Positions 46,426-56,920 of a stretch of 64,000 nucleotides of DNA are shown here, in pieces. This DNA is from an uncultured Bacteroidia bacterium (GTDB lineage Bacteria > Bacteroidota > Bacteroidia > Bacteroidales > UBA932), in NCBI GenBank assembly GCA_902801205.1, contig CADCHE010000015.1, forward strand, positions 6,110 through 70,109, read 5' to 3'. The translations under genes and the position numbers were made by a program. The notes below the pieces were generated by a model that saw nothing but the letters and a program-made list of their open reading frames with translations, had not been told where the DNA came from and did not search any database. The number at the start of each line of letters is the position of its first letter. Positions within the stretch are counted from its first letter, which is position 1.

Positions 46426-49083
46426 ATGGAACTTTCTGCGAAATACAATCCGGCGGAAGTCGAGGACAAGTGGTACGCATGGTGGCTGGAACACAAGTGT
46501 TTCCATTCCGAGCCCGATGAAAGGGAGCCCTATACCATCGTCATCCCGCCGCCCAACGTGACGGGTATCCTCCATATGGGCCACGTGCTCAACAACACGC
46601 TCAACGATGTCCTCATCCGCAAGGCGCGGATGGATGGGAAGAACGCCTGCTGGGTGCCCGGCACCGACCATGCGTCGATCGCGACCGAGAGCAAGGTGGT
46701 CGCCCGTCTCAAGGAGCAGGGCATCAGCAAGGACAGCCTGACGCGCGAGGAGTTCCTCAAATATGCCTGGGAGTGGAAGGAGGAGCATGGAGGCATCATC
46801 CTCAAGCAGCTGCGCAAGCTGGGCGCCTCCTGCGACTGGGACCGCACCCGCTTCACGATGGAGCCCGCCCTTTCCGAAGCGGTAATCAATACTTTCGTTT
46901 ATTTCTATAAAAAAGGATGGATCTACAAGGGTGTCCGCATGGTCAACTGGGATCCCGAGGCCTTGACGGCCGTCAGTGACGACGAAGTCATCCACAAGGA
47001 TACGCAGAGCCATTTCTATCACCTGAAATACTACATTTCCGACGGGGAAGGACATCCGACCGACCAGTACCTGGTCATCGCGACCACCCGCCCGGAGACG
47101 ATCATGGCGGATGCGGCGATCTGTGTGAACCCCGCCGACGAACGCCACCACTGGCTGCGCGGCAAGAAAGTGCTGATTCCGCTGATCGGCAGGGAGATCC
47201 CCGTCATCGAGGACAGCTATGTCGAGATGGATTTCGGTACGGGATGCCTGAAGGTTACCCCCGCCCACGACGTGCATGACTACGAGATCGGGCTCCGGCA
47301 CAACCTGCCTGTGCTGGAGATCATCGACGAGCACGGCCGGCTCAACGAGAAAGCGCAGATCCTGGTGGGCGAAGACCGCTTCGTCGCCAGGAAGAAGATT
47401 GTCAAGATGCTCGAGGAAGCCGGCAACCTGCTCAAGGTGGAAGACTACACCTCACCGGTCGGTTACTCCGAACGGACGCAGGCCGTCATCGAGCCGAAAC
47501 TCTCCGCGCAGTGGTTCCTCAAGATGGATGAACTCGCCCGGATGGCGCTGGATACCGTCCTGAGCGGCCGGACGCGGCTGATTCCGGACCGCTACGTGAA
47601 CACGTACCGCCACTGGATGGAAAACGTCCGCGACTGGTGCATCTCCCGCCAGCTCTGGTGGGGGCAGCGGATTCCCGCCTGGTACCTGCCGGACGGTCAG
47701 GTGGTGGTGGAACCGACACCTGAAGCGGCGCTTGAGGCAGCACGTCGTATCAATCCTTCCATCAACATGGAAGACTTGCACCAGGATGAAGATGTCCTCG
47801 ACACCTGGTTCAGTTCCTGGCTCTGGCCGATCTCCGTTTTCGATCCGCAGATGCCGGGGCATCCCGACCATCAACCCAACAAGGACCTTTCCTATTATTA
47901 TCCGACCAGCGACCTGGTCACCGGCCCCGACATCATCTTTTTCTGGGTGGCCCGCATGATCATGGCCGGCGAGGAGTTCATGGGGAAGGAACCGTTCTCC
48001 AACGTCTACTTTACCGGCATCGTCCGGGACAAGATCGGACGGAAGATGTCCAAGACACTCGGCAATTCGCCGGATCCGCTCGACCTGATCGCCAAATACG
48101 GTGCCGACGCCGTCCGCATCGGCATGCTGCTCTGCGCCTCCGCCGGCAACGACATCTTCTACGATGAAAGCCAGGTCGAGCAGGGCAGGAACTTCTGCAA
48201 CAAGATCTGGAATTCCTTCCGCCTGATCCAGGGCTGGAAGGTGGACGAAAACCTCCCGCAGCCGGAAGCTGCCGGGGCGGCCGTCGAGTGGTTCGGCAAC
48301 AAGCTCGCCCAAGTGACGGCGCAGGTCGAAGACCATTATGCCAAATTCCGCATCTCCGATGCCTTGATGACCATCTACAAGACGTTCTGGGACGATTACT
48401 GCTCCTGGTATCTGGAGGCGGTCAAGCCCGCATGGGGCGAAGCGGCGGATGCGAAGACCTACCGGGCGACCCTGCACTATTTCGAGACCCTCCTGAAGAT
48501 GATCCATCCGGTGATGCCGTTCATCACGGAGGAACTCTGGCATGCCATGCAGGAGCGCGGACCCCAGGAGACGATCATGTTCCAACCCAGTCCCAAGCCT
48601 GTTCCGTTCGATGCAGACCTGCTGATGCGCTTCGAGATCGCGCAGGAGACGGTCAATGCCGTGCGGGTCATCCGCCAGCAGAAAAACATCGCGCCGAAGG
48701 AGCCGCTCAACCTCCTGGTCAAGTCGGATTTCCCCGCCGGTATCGCTGCCGTGATCCGCAAGCTGGCGAATGTGGGCGAGGTGTCCGTCGCCGACGATTT
48801 CGGCGGGCAGGGGACCGGCGTCTCCCAGATGATCCGCACGTTCGAGATCTTCGTCCCGCTGGGGAACCTGGTGAATGTCGACGAGGAGATCGCCAAGTTG
48901 TCCGCCGAGCTCGAAAGGCAGCAGGGCTTCCTGGCTTCCGTCCGGAAAAAACTCGCCAACGAGGCCTTTGTCGCCCATGCGCCGGAGAAGATCGTCGCTC
49001 TGGAGCGTAAGAAGGAGTCTGACAGCCTTTCCAAGATTGAAAGTTTGGAGCAGGCAATCAATGCGTTGAAAAACAATGCATAA
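46426..49083 (+). CDS. valS: Valine--tRNA ligase
   Basis: PPPNVTGILHMGH, DWCISRQLWWGQRIP, KMSKT, C-terminal coiled coil. Confidence 0.98.
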   Translation: MELSAKYNPAEVEDKWYAWWLEHKCFHSEPDEREPYTIVIPPPNVTGILHMGHVLNNTLNDVLIRKARMDGKNACWVPGTDHASIATESKVVARLKEQGISKDSLTREEFLKYAWEWKEEHGGIILKQLRKLGASCDWDRTRFTMEPALSEAVINTFVYFYKKGWIYKGVRMVNWDPEALTAVSDDEVIHKDTQSHFYHLKYYISDGEGHPTDQYLVIATTRPETIMADAAICVNPADERHHWLRGKKVLIPLIGREIPVIEDSYVEMDFGTGCLKVTPAHDVHDYEIGLRHNLPVLEIIDEHGRLNEKAQILVGEDRFVARKKIVKMLEEAGNLLKVEDYTSPVGYSERTQAVIEPKLSAQWFLKMDELARMALDTVLSGRTRLIPDRYVNTYRHWMENVRDWCISRQLWWGQRIPAWYLPDGQVVVEPTPEAALEAARRINPSINMEDLHQDEDVLDTWFSSWLWPISVFDPQMPGHPDHQPNKDLSYYYPTSDLVTGPDIIFFWVARMIMAGEEFMGKEPFSNVYFTGIVRDKIGRKMSKTLGNSPDPLDLIAKYGADAVRIGMLLCASAGNDIFYDESQVEQGRNFCNKIWNSFRLIQGWKVDENLPQPEAAGAAVEWFGNKLAQVTAQVEDHYAKFRISDALMTIYKTFWDDYCSWYLEAVKPAWGEAADAKTYRATLHYFETLLKMIHPVMPFITEELWHAMQERGPQETIMFQPSPKPVPFDADLLMRFEIAQETVNAVRVIRQQKNIAPKEPLNLLVKSDFPAGIAAVIRKLANVGEVSVADDFGGQGTGVSQMIRTFEIFVPLGNLVNVDEEIAKLSAELERQQGFLASVRKKLANEAFVAHAPEKIVALERKKESDSLSKIESLEQAINALKNNA

Positions 49084-49116
49084 AATATAATTGTTACTAC
49101 ATATAACATTTTTGTA

Positions 49117-49527
49117 ATGCTGCAATCCGAGGTTACTTTCCCCGTTCGTTACTACGAAACCGACCAGATGGGTGTCGTCCACCACTCGAATTACATCCGG
49201 TATTTCGAGTGTGCGCGGAATACCCTGATGGCGGAGGGGGGATACCCGATCGAGCAGTGCGAGGCGGACGGGGTCGTGATCCCGGTCGTCAGCGTGCAGT
49301 GCCGTTACCACCATCCCGCGCGGATGGGGGACGTACTCCGCGTGACGGCGGCCATCGAGAAGGTTCCGCTGGCCAAGCTGGTCGTCCGGCAGGCTGTCTA
49401 CAACCAGGACGGCGTGCTCTGTGCCGACGGGGAAGTCCTGCTGGGCTTCCTGGGCAAGGAGTCCGGCCGGCCGGTCCGCTGCCCGGAACGCCTCCTGCAG
49501 ATGATTGAAAGTCAGTTGAACAAATAA
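49117..49527 (+). CDS. Acyl-CoA thioesterase, 4HBT/YbgC family
   Basis: [25 protein letters not shown]. Confidence 0.9.
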   Translation: MLQSEVTFPVRYYETDQMGVVHHSNYIRYFECARNTLMAEGGYPIEQCEADGVVIPVVSVQCRYHHPARMGDVLRVTAAIEKVPLAKLVVRQAVYNQDGVLCADGEVLLGFLGKESGRPVRCPERLLQMIESQLNK

Positions 49528-49546
49528 TCCATTCATTTTGTACATT

Positions 49547-49786
49547 ATGAATACATTTACCATCATGCCGTTCGGCGTCATCGGTCCCTGGCAGGTCGTC
49601 ATCATCGCCCTGGTCGTTCTCCTTCTTTTCGGTGGAAAGAAGATTCCCGAATTGATGGAAGGCCTCGGCAAGGGGATGAAGAGTTTCAAGAAGGGCCTCA
49701 ACGAGATCGAGAAAGAGACCCGCGAAATCGAGAAGGATCTCAAAACCTCCGCAAAGGAGCCGGACGAGATCAAGAAGGCGGAATAA
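49547..49786 (+). CDS. tatA: Twin-arginine translocase subunit TatA
   Basis: [29 protein letters not shown]. Start uncertain (49538, 49547 or 49565). Confidence 0.92.
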   Translation: MNTFTIMPFGVIGPWQVVIIALVVLLLFGGKKIPELMEGLGKGMKSFKKGLNEIEKETREIEKDLKTSAKEPDEIKKAE

Positions 49787-49807
49787 CAACTTCAATCCGA
49801 TTCCCGC

Positions 49808-50593
49808 GTGAGCAGGCAGGAAGCTGAAATGTCCTTCTGGGACCACCTGGAAGTGCTGAGGGGAACGTTGTTTCGCTCCTTGCTGGTCGTTACCTTCTTC
49901 AGTGTCATCGTCTTCTGTTTCAAGACGTTCGTATTCGATGACTTGATCCTGGCGCCGACCCGCAGCGATTTCTTCATCTACAAGTTGCTCGGGATGGATG
50001 TGGAGATGTCGCTGGTGAACCTGGACATTTCCACGCAGTTCTTCGTGCACCTGAAGGTGGCGTTTTCGCTGGGCTTTATCGTGGCTTTCCCGTTCGTCTG
50101 CTTCGAGGTCTGGAAGTTCATCGCCCCGGCCTTGTACGAGAATGAAAAGAAGACGGTGCGCGGAGTGTTTCTCATCGCCACCCTGCTTTTCTATATCGGC
50201 CTGGTCGTCGGTTACCTGCTGATCGTCCCGATTTCCCTGAATTTCTTCCTGGGATACAAGGTGAGCGAGTCGATCGTCAACACCATTTCGCTTACTTCCT
50301 ATATCTCTCTGTTCACTTCGACCATCCTGGCGTTCGGTATTGTTTTCGAATTCCCGGCCGTTATCACGATCCTGTCTCAATTGGGACTGGTGACGCGCGG
50401 CACGCTCCGGAAATACCGCCGCCACGCCATCGTTGCGATCCTGATCATTGCCGCCATCATCACGCCGGCCGACCCGTTCTCCATGCTTGTCGCCGCCGCT
50501 CCACTCTTCATCCTCTTCGAAGTCAGTGTGCTGGCCTGCAAGAAGGACAAGCCTGAGACAACGGACGACGGGGAAGAGGAGGCTGGAAAATGA
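49808..50593 (+). CDS. tatC: Twin-arginine translocase subunit TatC
   Basis: EMSFWDHLEVLR, FIAPALYENE, YRRHA, AIITP.D; GTG start. Confidence 0.95.
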   Translation: MSRQEAEMSFWDHLEVLRGTLFRSLLVVTFFSVIVFCFKTFVFDDLILAPTRSDFFIYKLLGMDVEMSLVNLDISTQFFVHLKVAFSLGFIVAFPFVCFEVWKFIAPALYENEKKTVRGVFLIATLLFYIGLVVGYLLIVPISLNFFLGYKVSESIVNTISLTSYISLFTSTILAFGIVFEFPAVITILSQLGLVTRGTLRKYRRHAIVAILIIAAIITPADPFSMLVAAAPLFILFEVSVLACKKDKPETTDDGEEEAGK

Positions 50594-52518
50594 TCTCCAT
50601 CCAAAACCTGACGGTGTCGTTCGGCAGCTTCAACCTGCTGGACCACATTGACATGCATGTCGACGGAAAGGACCGCATCGGCCTCGTCGGCAAGAATGGC
50701 GCCGGCAAATCGACCCTCATGAAAATCATCTGCGGCCTGCAGGCACCGACCAGCGGCCGGGTCGACGTCCGGCCCGATATCCGGGTGGGATACCTGCCGC
50801 AGGTCATGGAGCACGCGCGCGGCCATTCGGTAATGGAGGAGGTGATGAAGGCCTTTGAGCATCTGTCGCAGATGGAGCAGGAGATCCAGCGTCTTTCCGG
50901 GCAACTGGCAGAGCGGACCGATTACGATTCTGACGCGTACATGTCGCTCATCACGCGCATGAACGACCTTTCCGATGCCCTGGCCGTACACCGGACCGAG
51001 CAGCCGGAGGTGCTCTGCGAGCGGACGCTTCTCGGACTCGGGTTCCGCCCGGAGGATTTCACCCGGAACACCGAAACCTTCAGCCAGGGGTGGCAGATGC
51101 GGATCGAACTGGCGAAACTGCTCCTTTCCGAACCGGACGTGCTGCTGCTCGACGAACCGACCAACCACCTCGACATCGAATCCATCGAGTGGCTGGAAGA
51201 CTACTTGAAGAAACGGGGTGGGGCGCTGTTGCTCGTCTCTCATGACCGGAAGTTCCTCGATACGGTCACGAACCGCACCGTAGAGATCATGCTGGGACGG
51301 GTGCATGATTATAAAGTTCCTTATAGCCAGTATGTTACCCTGCGTGCGGAACGCCTGGCACAGCAGCAGGCCGCCTACGACAACCAGCAGCGCATGATCG
51401 AGAAGACGGAAGATTTCATCAACCGCTTCCGGTATAAGCCCACCAAGTCGAACCAGGTGCAGTCGCGGATCAAGGCGCTTGAGAAGCTGGAGCGCGTGGA
51501 AGTGGACGAGACCGACAACGCCCGGCTCACCGTGAAATTTCCGCCGGCGCCCCGGGCGGGCGATGTCGTCTTCAAGGCGACCGGACTGTCCGCGGGCTAT
51601 CCTGGCAAGACCGTGTTCACCGACGCTTCCGTCGAAGTCCGCCGTGGGGAAAAGGTCGCCCTGATCGGACGGAACGGAGAAGGGAAGACCACCCTGATGC
51701 GGGTCATCGCCGGAGAACTGCCGGAACTTTCCGGAGACGTTTTTCACGGGTATAACGTTCGTCTGGGCTATTACGCACAGGACCAGGAGAATATCCTCGA
51801 CGGCAACCTGACGGTCTGGGAAACGATCGACCGCGCCGCCGTAGGGGAGGTCCGGACCAAACTGCGCGACATCCTCGCCCAGTTCCTCTTCCGCGGAGAG
51901 GATATCGACAAGCGTGTCAGCGTCCTCAGCGGCGGGGAGAGGGCCCGGCTCGGCATGGCGATGTTCATGCTGAAACCGTACAACCTGCTTGCCTTGGATG
52001 AACCGACCAACCATATGGATATCAAGTCCAAGGACATCCTGAAGCAGGCATTGCAGTCCTATGATGGCACGCTCATTGTTGTTTCGCATGATCGGGACTT
52101 CCTGGACGGACTTGTCGACAAGATGTATGAATTCCGCGACGGAAAGGTCCGGGAACATTTGGGCAGCGTTCAGGAATTCCTGGAAAAACGCAAGATGGAG
52201 ACCTTGCATGAGCTCGAGCGCAAACAGACCGTGGCGGAAGTCCAGGCGGATTCGGAAGTCAAGGCGGCGCGCCAGCAGGACTTCCAGCAGCGCAAATCCG
52301 AGTCCCGTGAGCAGCGGAAGCTGAAGAAGCAGGTCGCTGCCCTGGAAGAGGAAATCGACCGGATCGAAACGGAGATGAAACGGATCGAGGCTGTCCTGAC
52401 GGCGCCGGGCCCTGGTGACGACATCATGGAGCTGACGCGCTCTTATTTGGAGAACAAGCGGGAGGCTGACGCCCTGACGGCCCGCTGGGAAAGACTTTCA
52501 GAACAATTGGAATCTTAA
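50590..52518 (+). CDS. ABC-F family ATP-binding protein
   Basis: Two NBDs (GKNGAGKST, FSQGW, LLDEPTNHLD; GRNGEGKTT, LSGGE, LDEPTNHMD), no TM segments, C-terminal coiled coil. Confidence 0.94.
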   Translation: MISIQNLTVSFGSFNLLDHIDMHVDGKDRIGLVGKNGAGKSTLMKIICGLQAPTSGRVDVRPDIRVGYLPQVMEHARGHSVMEEVMKAFEHLSQMEQEIQRLSGQLAERTDYDSDAYMSLITRMNDLSDALAVHRTEQPEVLCERTLLGLGFRPEDFTRNTETFSQGWQMRIELAKLLLSEPDVLLLDEPTNHLDIESIEWLEDYLKKRGGALLLVSHDRKFLDTVTNRTVEIMLGRVHDYKVPYSQYVTLRAERLAQQQAAYDNQQRMIEKTEDFINRFRYKPTKSNQVQSRIKALEKLERVEVDETDNARLTVKFPPAPRAGDVVFKATGLSAGYPGKTVFTDASVEVRRGEKVALIGRNGEGKTTLMRVIAGELPELSGDVFHGYNVRLGYYAQDQENILDGNLTVWETIDRAAVGEVRTKLRDILAQFLFRGEDIDKRVSVLSGGERARLGMAMFMLKPYNLLALDEPTNHMDIKSKDILKQALQSYDGTLIVVSHDRDFLDGLVDKMYEFRDGKVREHLGSVQEFLEKRKMETLHELERKQTVAEVQADSEVKAARQQDFQQRKSESREQRKLKKQVAALEEEIDRIETEMKRIEAVLTAPGPGDDIMELTRSYLENKREADALTARWERLSEQLES

Positions 52519-52529
52519 TTGTATTTAAT

Positions 52530-53435
52530 ATGAATAGGATGATATTTAAGTATTTGCTTTTGTGCATCTGCTTTATTTCTTTAGGTTATTCTTCCTGGGC
52601 TCAGATCCGGGATGTCGAGCACGAACTCACTTCTTTCAATGCCGTGGACATTTCCGGTTCGTTCCAGGCCTCGATTACATACGACAAGGACTATGCGGCG
52701 AAAATCACGATCGACGATGCCCTCGAACCGTATGTCATCTGTTATGTCAAGGGGAAGACCCTTTTCATAGGCCTGGATGAGAAGGCGGTTCCGAAAGAAA
52801 CCAAGAAACAGTTCAAGGGGCGCAATTCCACTTCACCCACGTACCGCGTGGTCATCTACGCACCGGAGATTGTTTCCGTCACCCTGTCTGACGAGGCAAC
52901 CTTCTCTTTCCCCAGGACGGTGGAAGTGGACAGTTTCACGCTCTCCCTTTCTGGATCCGCGCAGGTGCAAGGTTTGTCTGTGATTTCTAAATCCGCTCAT
53001 ATTGAGGCTGTTAAAAAGTCTAACCTCATTATGAACGTGAAGTGTGATGCGCTTGATTTCTCTACCGATGGAAATGCAAAGTCCCGTGTGGATTTCACGG
53101 CCTCTTCCGTCCAGTTCAACTGCGCCGGGTCCTCTGACGCCGTATTGAACGGAACGTGCAGCGGAACGTTTGCCGTCAACGCGTCCGGTTCAGCGAAGGC
53201 GCTGGTTTCCGGGAAAGCGGACGTCCTGCAGGCCGGCGGAAAGGGGAATGCGAAGGTCGATGCTTCTGCGCTGCCTGTCAAGGAAGCCCGTATGTCCATT
53301 TCCGGCATCGCCGTCACGGTCAACGCAAGCGATCAACTCGAGCTGGACCTTTCCCGGGGGGCCAGCGTAACGTATTCCCAGGATCCGAAAATCAAGATCG
53401 TTTCCATCCAGAACGCTTCCGTCACGCGGGAATAG
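52530..53435 (+). CDS. DUF2807 (GIN-domain) secreted beta-helix protein
   Basis: Signal peptide SWA-Q; FNAVDISGS, repeated SGSA/AGSS strand motifs. Confidence 0.82.
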   Translation: MNRMIFKYLLLCICFISLGYSSWAQIRDVEHELTSFNAVDISGSFQASITYDKDYAAKITIDDALEPYVICYVKGKTLFIGLDEKAVPKETKKQFKGRNSTSPTYRVVIYAPEIVSVTLSDEATFSFPRTVEVDSFTLSLSGSAQVQGLSVISKSAHIEAVKKSNLIMNVKCDALDFSTDGNAKSRVDFTASSVQFNCAGSSDAVLNGTCSGTFAVNASGSAKALVSGKADVLQAGGKGNAKVDASALPVKEARMSISGIAVTVNASDQLELDLSRGASVTYSQDPKIKIVSIQNASVTRE

Positions 53436-53450
53436 CCCGCGTTTGCTGCT

Positions 53451-54479
53451 ATGTTAATCATTGATTCTCATTGTGATACCCCTTGTCAACTGATGAGGGG
53501 GTTTGATTTGTCCAAGGATCATTCCCAGGGGCATGTTGACATCCCTAAACTTCGCGCCGGCCATGTGGACGCCGTTTTTTTCGCTTTGTATACGTCCGCT
53601 TCCCTTGCACCCGATGCGGCGACACGCCGGGCGCTGGAAATGGCGGCATCGGTCTTCGATGCCGTCGGACGGAACAGCGAAGACCTGGCGCTCGCCACAT
53701 CGCCCGGCGAGATCCTGTCCAACCACGCCTCCGGAAAGATTTCCATCCTGCTGGGCATGGAGAACGGTGCTCCGATCCAGCGGTCGCTGTCCTTGCTCCG
53801 GCTTTTCCACCGGCTCGGCGTCCGCTATATGACACTTACCCACAACGGGGACAATGAAATTGCCGATTGTGCGGCTGTAGGGACGCGCTGGGGCGGTCTG
53901 AGTCCTTTCGGAAGGGAAGTGGTCGCTGAAATGAACGATCTCGGCATGATGATCGATGTCGCCCACGTATCGGACCGTACCTTCTTCGACTGCATTGCGG
54001 CATCGCGCGCTCCGATCCTGTCCACGCATTCCTGCTGCCGTGCGCTTGCAGGGCATCCCAGGAACATGACCGATGAAATGCTGCGGACCCTGGCCGACCA
54101 TGGCGGGGTCATCCAGATCAATTTCTATCCGGTTTTCCTTTCAGATGCCTATGGCGCCGCATTGGCCGCCCGCGGACTCGATCCGGATGATGAAACCGTC
54201 AGTGAACAGGTCTTTGCGATCCCGCGTCCCTCCTTCCGTGCCGTTGCCGACCATATCGATCATGCCGTACGTGTCGCGGGGGTGGAGAGCGTTGGGATCG
54301 GATCGGATTTCGATGGCATCGGTGTCGCTCCCGAGGGGCTGGAGAATGCCTCGAAAATGCCGGTCCTGTTCGACGAATTGCGTCGCCGGGGATACACGGA
54401 AAGCCAGTTGGAGAAGATTGCAGGCGGAAATTTCCTTCGTGTGTTCAACGATGTGATTTCCAGTCGGTTGTGTAAATAA
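53451..54479 (+). CDS. Membrane-dipeptidase family (M19) peptidase
   Basis: DSHCD, GMENG, YMTLTHNGDN, IDVAH, STHS, DHIDH, GIGSDFDG, GGNFLRV. Confidence 0.92.
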   Translation: MLIIDSHCDTPCQLMRGFDLSKDHSQGHVDIPKLRAGHVDAVFFALYTSASLAPDAATRRALEMAASVFDAVGRNSEDLALATSPGEILSNHASGKISILLGMENGAPIQRSLSLLRLFHRLGVRYMTLTHNGDNEIADCAAVGTRWGGLSPFGREVVAEMNDLGMMIDVAHVSDRTFFDCIAASRAPILSTHSCCRALAGHPRNMTDEMLRTLADHGGVIQINFYPVFLSDAYGAALAARGLDPDDETVSEQVFAIPRPSFRAVADHIDHAVRVAGVESVGIGSDFDGIGVAPEGLENASKMPVLFDELRRRGYTESQLEKIAGGNFLRVFNDVISSRLCK

Positions 54480-54491
54480 CGGCATGCTTGT

Positions 54492-54530
54492 AACAATTAT
54501 GTTACTCCTTGTTACATAATTGTTTTATTT
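54492..54530. terminator. AT-rich hairpin, probable terminator between convergent genes
   Basis: AACAATTATGTTAC-TCCTT-GTTACATAATTGTT (13 of 14 bp) followed by a T-rich run. Confidence 0.5.
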
Positions 54531-54532
54531 GC

Positions 54533-55810
54533 TTATTTTATTTTCGTTAGGTCTTTTTCGATCCATTTTCGCAATGCATCGAGTGCAGAGGCGGAAAACC
54601 GCTCGATATTGCGTTTCCGGTCGTTGCTGAAGGTGTGTCTTTCACTGTGCGTACCGGCCGGACCGGCGACCCCGATCCATACGGTTCCGACCGGCCATGT
54701 CCCATCTCCCTGCGGACCGGCGAGTCCGGTCGTCGCGACGGCATAAGTGCTCCCGGTCAGTCGCCGGACACCTGCGGCCATGGCTTCGGCTACTTCGCCG
54801 CTGACGACGCCATGTTTTTCGATGGTTTCCGCCGGCACGCCCAGCACTTGCTCCTTGACCGCGACGGCGTAGGACGTGACGGACCCCAGGTAATACTCCG
54901 AAGCACCCGGTACGGAGGTCAGCAGCGACGAAATCATGCCGCCCGTGCAGGATTCTGCTGCGCTGACCGTCTTTCCGGTGCCGCGCAGCAGGCGTCCGAC
55001 CGTATTCTCGAGGGTGTCGTCGCCCTGCGCATAGACCAGGTCGCCCAAAAGTGGCATGAGCTGCGCGAAGGCGGCGTCGATCTGCTTCTCTTCTTCTTCA
55101 CGGTTGCCGCCATAGATCGACAGACGCAGGCGTACGCCTGTCAGGGGATTGGGCAAGTAGGCCAGGTGCATCTTAGCCGGCAGTGCATCCTCCCAAGGTG
55201 CAATGCGCTCCGCCAGGGCGGATTCTGCCAGACCATAGACCATCAGGCACTTGTGGAAGATGTCCGATAGGCTGGCGTGGGCCCGGATGTCCGAAAGGAT
55301 ATCCGGAAGCGCGCCGAGTGCTTCGAAGGGTACGCCGGGAAGGGCGTACAGCGTGGCGGGATGGCCGAAGCGCTCGGCGGGAAAACGGAAAACCATCACC
55401 GGAGCCGTTCCCTTGCGGTTGGGAATCACCTCGCAGCCCTTCGGGACGAGGGCCTGTGCTTTGTTGCTTTCGAGGGCCTCCAGTCCACGCGCATGCAGGA
55501 TGCGGTGGATGATGTCCAGTTGCTCTTCGTTGCAGACATATTCGCCGGAGCCCAGGAGTTCAGCCAAGGCCGCCTTCGTGATGTCGTCCTTGGTCGGTCC
55601 CAGGCCGCCGGTGCAGATCACGATGTCGTTCTGACGCAGTTCTCCCTCCAGGTTCCGGAGGATGGCGTCGTGCTCGTCGCCGATGGAAAGCATACGCGTG
55701 ACCTGGATGCCCGTCGCTTCCAGTTCCCGGGCGATGAAGGCTGAATTCGTATCGATGATCTGGCCGATGAGGATCTCATCGCCGATGGTACAGACTGAAG
55801 CGGTCGTCAT
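54533..55810 (-). CDS. cinA: CinA-family protein (MocF domain plus PncC NMN deamidase)
   Basis: IGDEILIGQIIDTNS, GGLGPTKDDIT, AESCTGG, TTGLAGP. Confidence 0.94.
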   Translation of the reverse strand: MTTASVCTIGDEILIGQIIDTNSAFIARELEATGIQVTRMLSIGDEHDAILRNLEGELRQNDIVICTGGLGPTKDDITKAALAELLGSGEYVCNEEQLDIIHRILHARGLEALESNKAQALVPKGCEVIPNRKGTAPVMVFRFPAERFGHPATLYALPGVPFEALGALPDILSDIRAHASLSDIFHKCLMVYGLAESALAERIAPWEDALPAKMHLAYLPNPLTGVRLRLSIYGGNREEEEKQIDAAFAQLMPLLGDLVYAQGDDTLENTVGRLLRGTGKTVSAAESCTGGMISSLLTSVPGASEYYLGSVTSYAVAVKEQVLGVPAETIEKHGVVSGEVAEAMAAGVRRLTGSTYAVATTGLAGPQGDGTWPVGTVWIGVAGPAGTHSERHTFSNDRKRNIERFSASALDALRKWIEKDLTKIK

Positions 55811-56865
55811 TGTTTTTTCCCTCCCTCCGCAGTGGCATTCAGGTATTTCAGTATCTTGTGGACGAAGGCAGGTCCTTCGTATATAAATCCAGTGTAAATC
55901 TCTATCAACGAGGCACCTGCATCAAGCATCCGCTGCGCGCGCTGCGGTGTGTTGATGCCGCCGACGCCAATGATGGGGAGTCCGCCCTGCGTTTTCTCGT
56001 GGATATAGCGGACCAGGGCGAGATTCTTCTCGAAGAGCGGAGCACCGGAAAGGCCGCCTTTCCCGATCTTTTCCAACGTTTCCGCCGGAGTCTTCAGCCC
56101 TTCGCGCGAGCGGGTGGTGTTGCCGACGATAAGACCATCCACGCCGGACAATCTGCAATAGTGGATCAGGCCGTCCAGCTCTTCCTTTTCGATATCGGGG
56201 GAGACCTTGATCAGCAGCGGTTTGTAGGTATCGCAGCCCATGCGCATCTCCAGCAGGGGATCGACGAGGGCAGGCAGGTATCCGGCGCCTTGCAGGCGTT
56301 GCAGGCCCTCCACGTTGGGACAGGACACGTTGACCGTCAGGAAATCCACGAAGTCATACAGCGTAGAAAAGCACCGGAGATAATCCCGGCGGATCTCTTC
56401 TTCGCTTTCGCTGCCGGTATTCTTGGCTATGCTGCCGGCGAGCAGCACTTCGGGCCGGTCCTTGCCGATGCGTTCCACGGCCTTGTCTACCCCCTCATTG
56501 CCCAGGCCCATCCGGTTGATGAGGGCTTGGTCGGCGGGCAGCCGGAACAGGCGCGGGGCAGGATTGCCCGGCTGCGCCTCCGGGGTGAAAGAACCCACTT
56601 CGATGAAAGAGAACCCGCACCAGGACAACTCGTTGTAGCAGGTTGCGTTTTTGTCCAGTCCGGCCGCCAGGCCGACGGGATGCGGAAAATCGATGCCGAA
56701 AACCCGCCGAGCGAGCTGCGGAGCCGGTTTTTTCTTGTACAGCATGCGCATGACCGCACCTGCACCGGGGATCCGCCGCATGATCCGGAGACCCTTCAGG
56801 ACAAGGTCGTGGGCTTTTTCCGGGTTCATGCGGAAAAGGATGGGGCGTATGATGGACTTGTACAT
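55807..56865 (-). CDS. pyrD: Quinone-dependent dihydroorotate dehydrogenase (class 2)
   Basis: PEKAH, GLAAGLDKNA, GNPAPRLFRL, NRMG, NVSCPN, KVSPD, GGLSG, IGVGGI. Confidence 0.95.
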   Translation of the reverse strand: MYKSIIRPILFRMNPEKAHDLVLKGLRIMRRIPGAGAVMRMLYKKKPAPQLARRVFGIDFPHPVGLAAGLDKNATCYNELSWCGFSFIEVGSFTPEAQPGNPAPRLFRLPADQALINRMGLGNEGVDKAVERIGKDRPEVLLAGSIAKNTGSESEEEIRRDYLRCFSTLYDFVDFLTVNVSCPNVEGLQRLQGAGYLPALVDPLLEMRMGCDTYKPLLIKVSPDIEKEELDGLIHYCRLSGVDGLIVGNTTRSREGLKTPAETLEKIGKGGLSGAPLFEKNLALVRYIHEKTQGGLPIIGVGGINTPQRAQRMLDAGASLIEIYTGFIYEGPAFVHKILKYLNATAEGGKKQ

Positions 56866-56887
56866 TTGCTCAGATTGTATTGCGATA

Positions 56888-56895
56888 CAAACTTA
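56888..56895 (-). promoter_or_regulatory. -7 promoter element TAAGTTTG for pyrD-cinA
   Basis: Minus-strand TAnnTTTG 22 nt before the ATG. Confidence 0.55.
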
Positions 56896-56920
56896 GCAAA
56901 AAAAAGGGACATGCGGATGG

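Noticed and set aside
45970-47334. 454-aa ORF as given in the track
   Set aside because: Only the last 111 aa are DUF3467; the rest is antisense to valS and crosses two promoter elements.
50590-52518. ABC-F antibiotic resistance protein
   Set aside because: Housekeeping context (tatAC), host-like codon usage and C-terminal coiled coil fit a housekeeping ABC-F; no mobile context.
52519-53620. Lower-GC patches at the starts of DUF2807 and the dipeptidase as an HGT signal
   Set aside because: AT enrichment is concentrated in 5' ends and signal peptides, as in other genes here; no mobility marks.
54481-54530. dif-like words TTATGTTA and ACATAA
   Set aside because: Arms are in the wrong order for a Xer site (no CATAA-N6-TTATG arrangement); better explained as a terminator hairpin.
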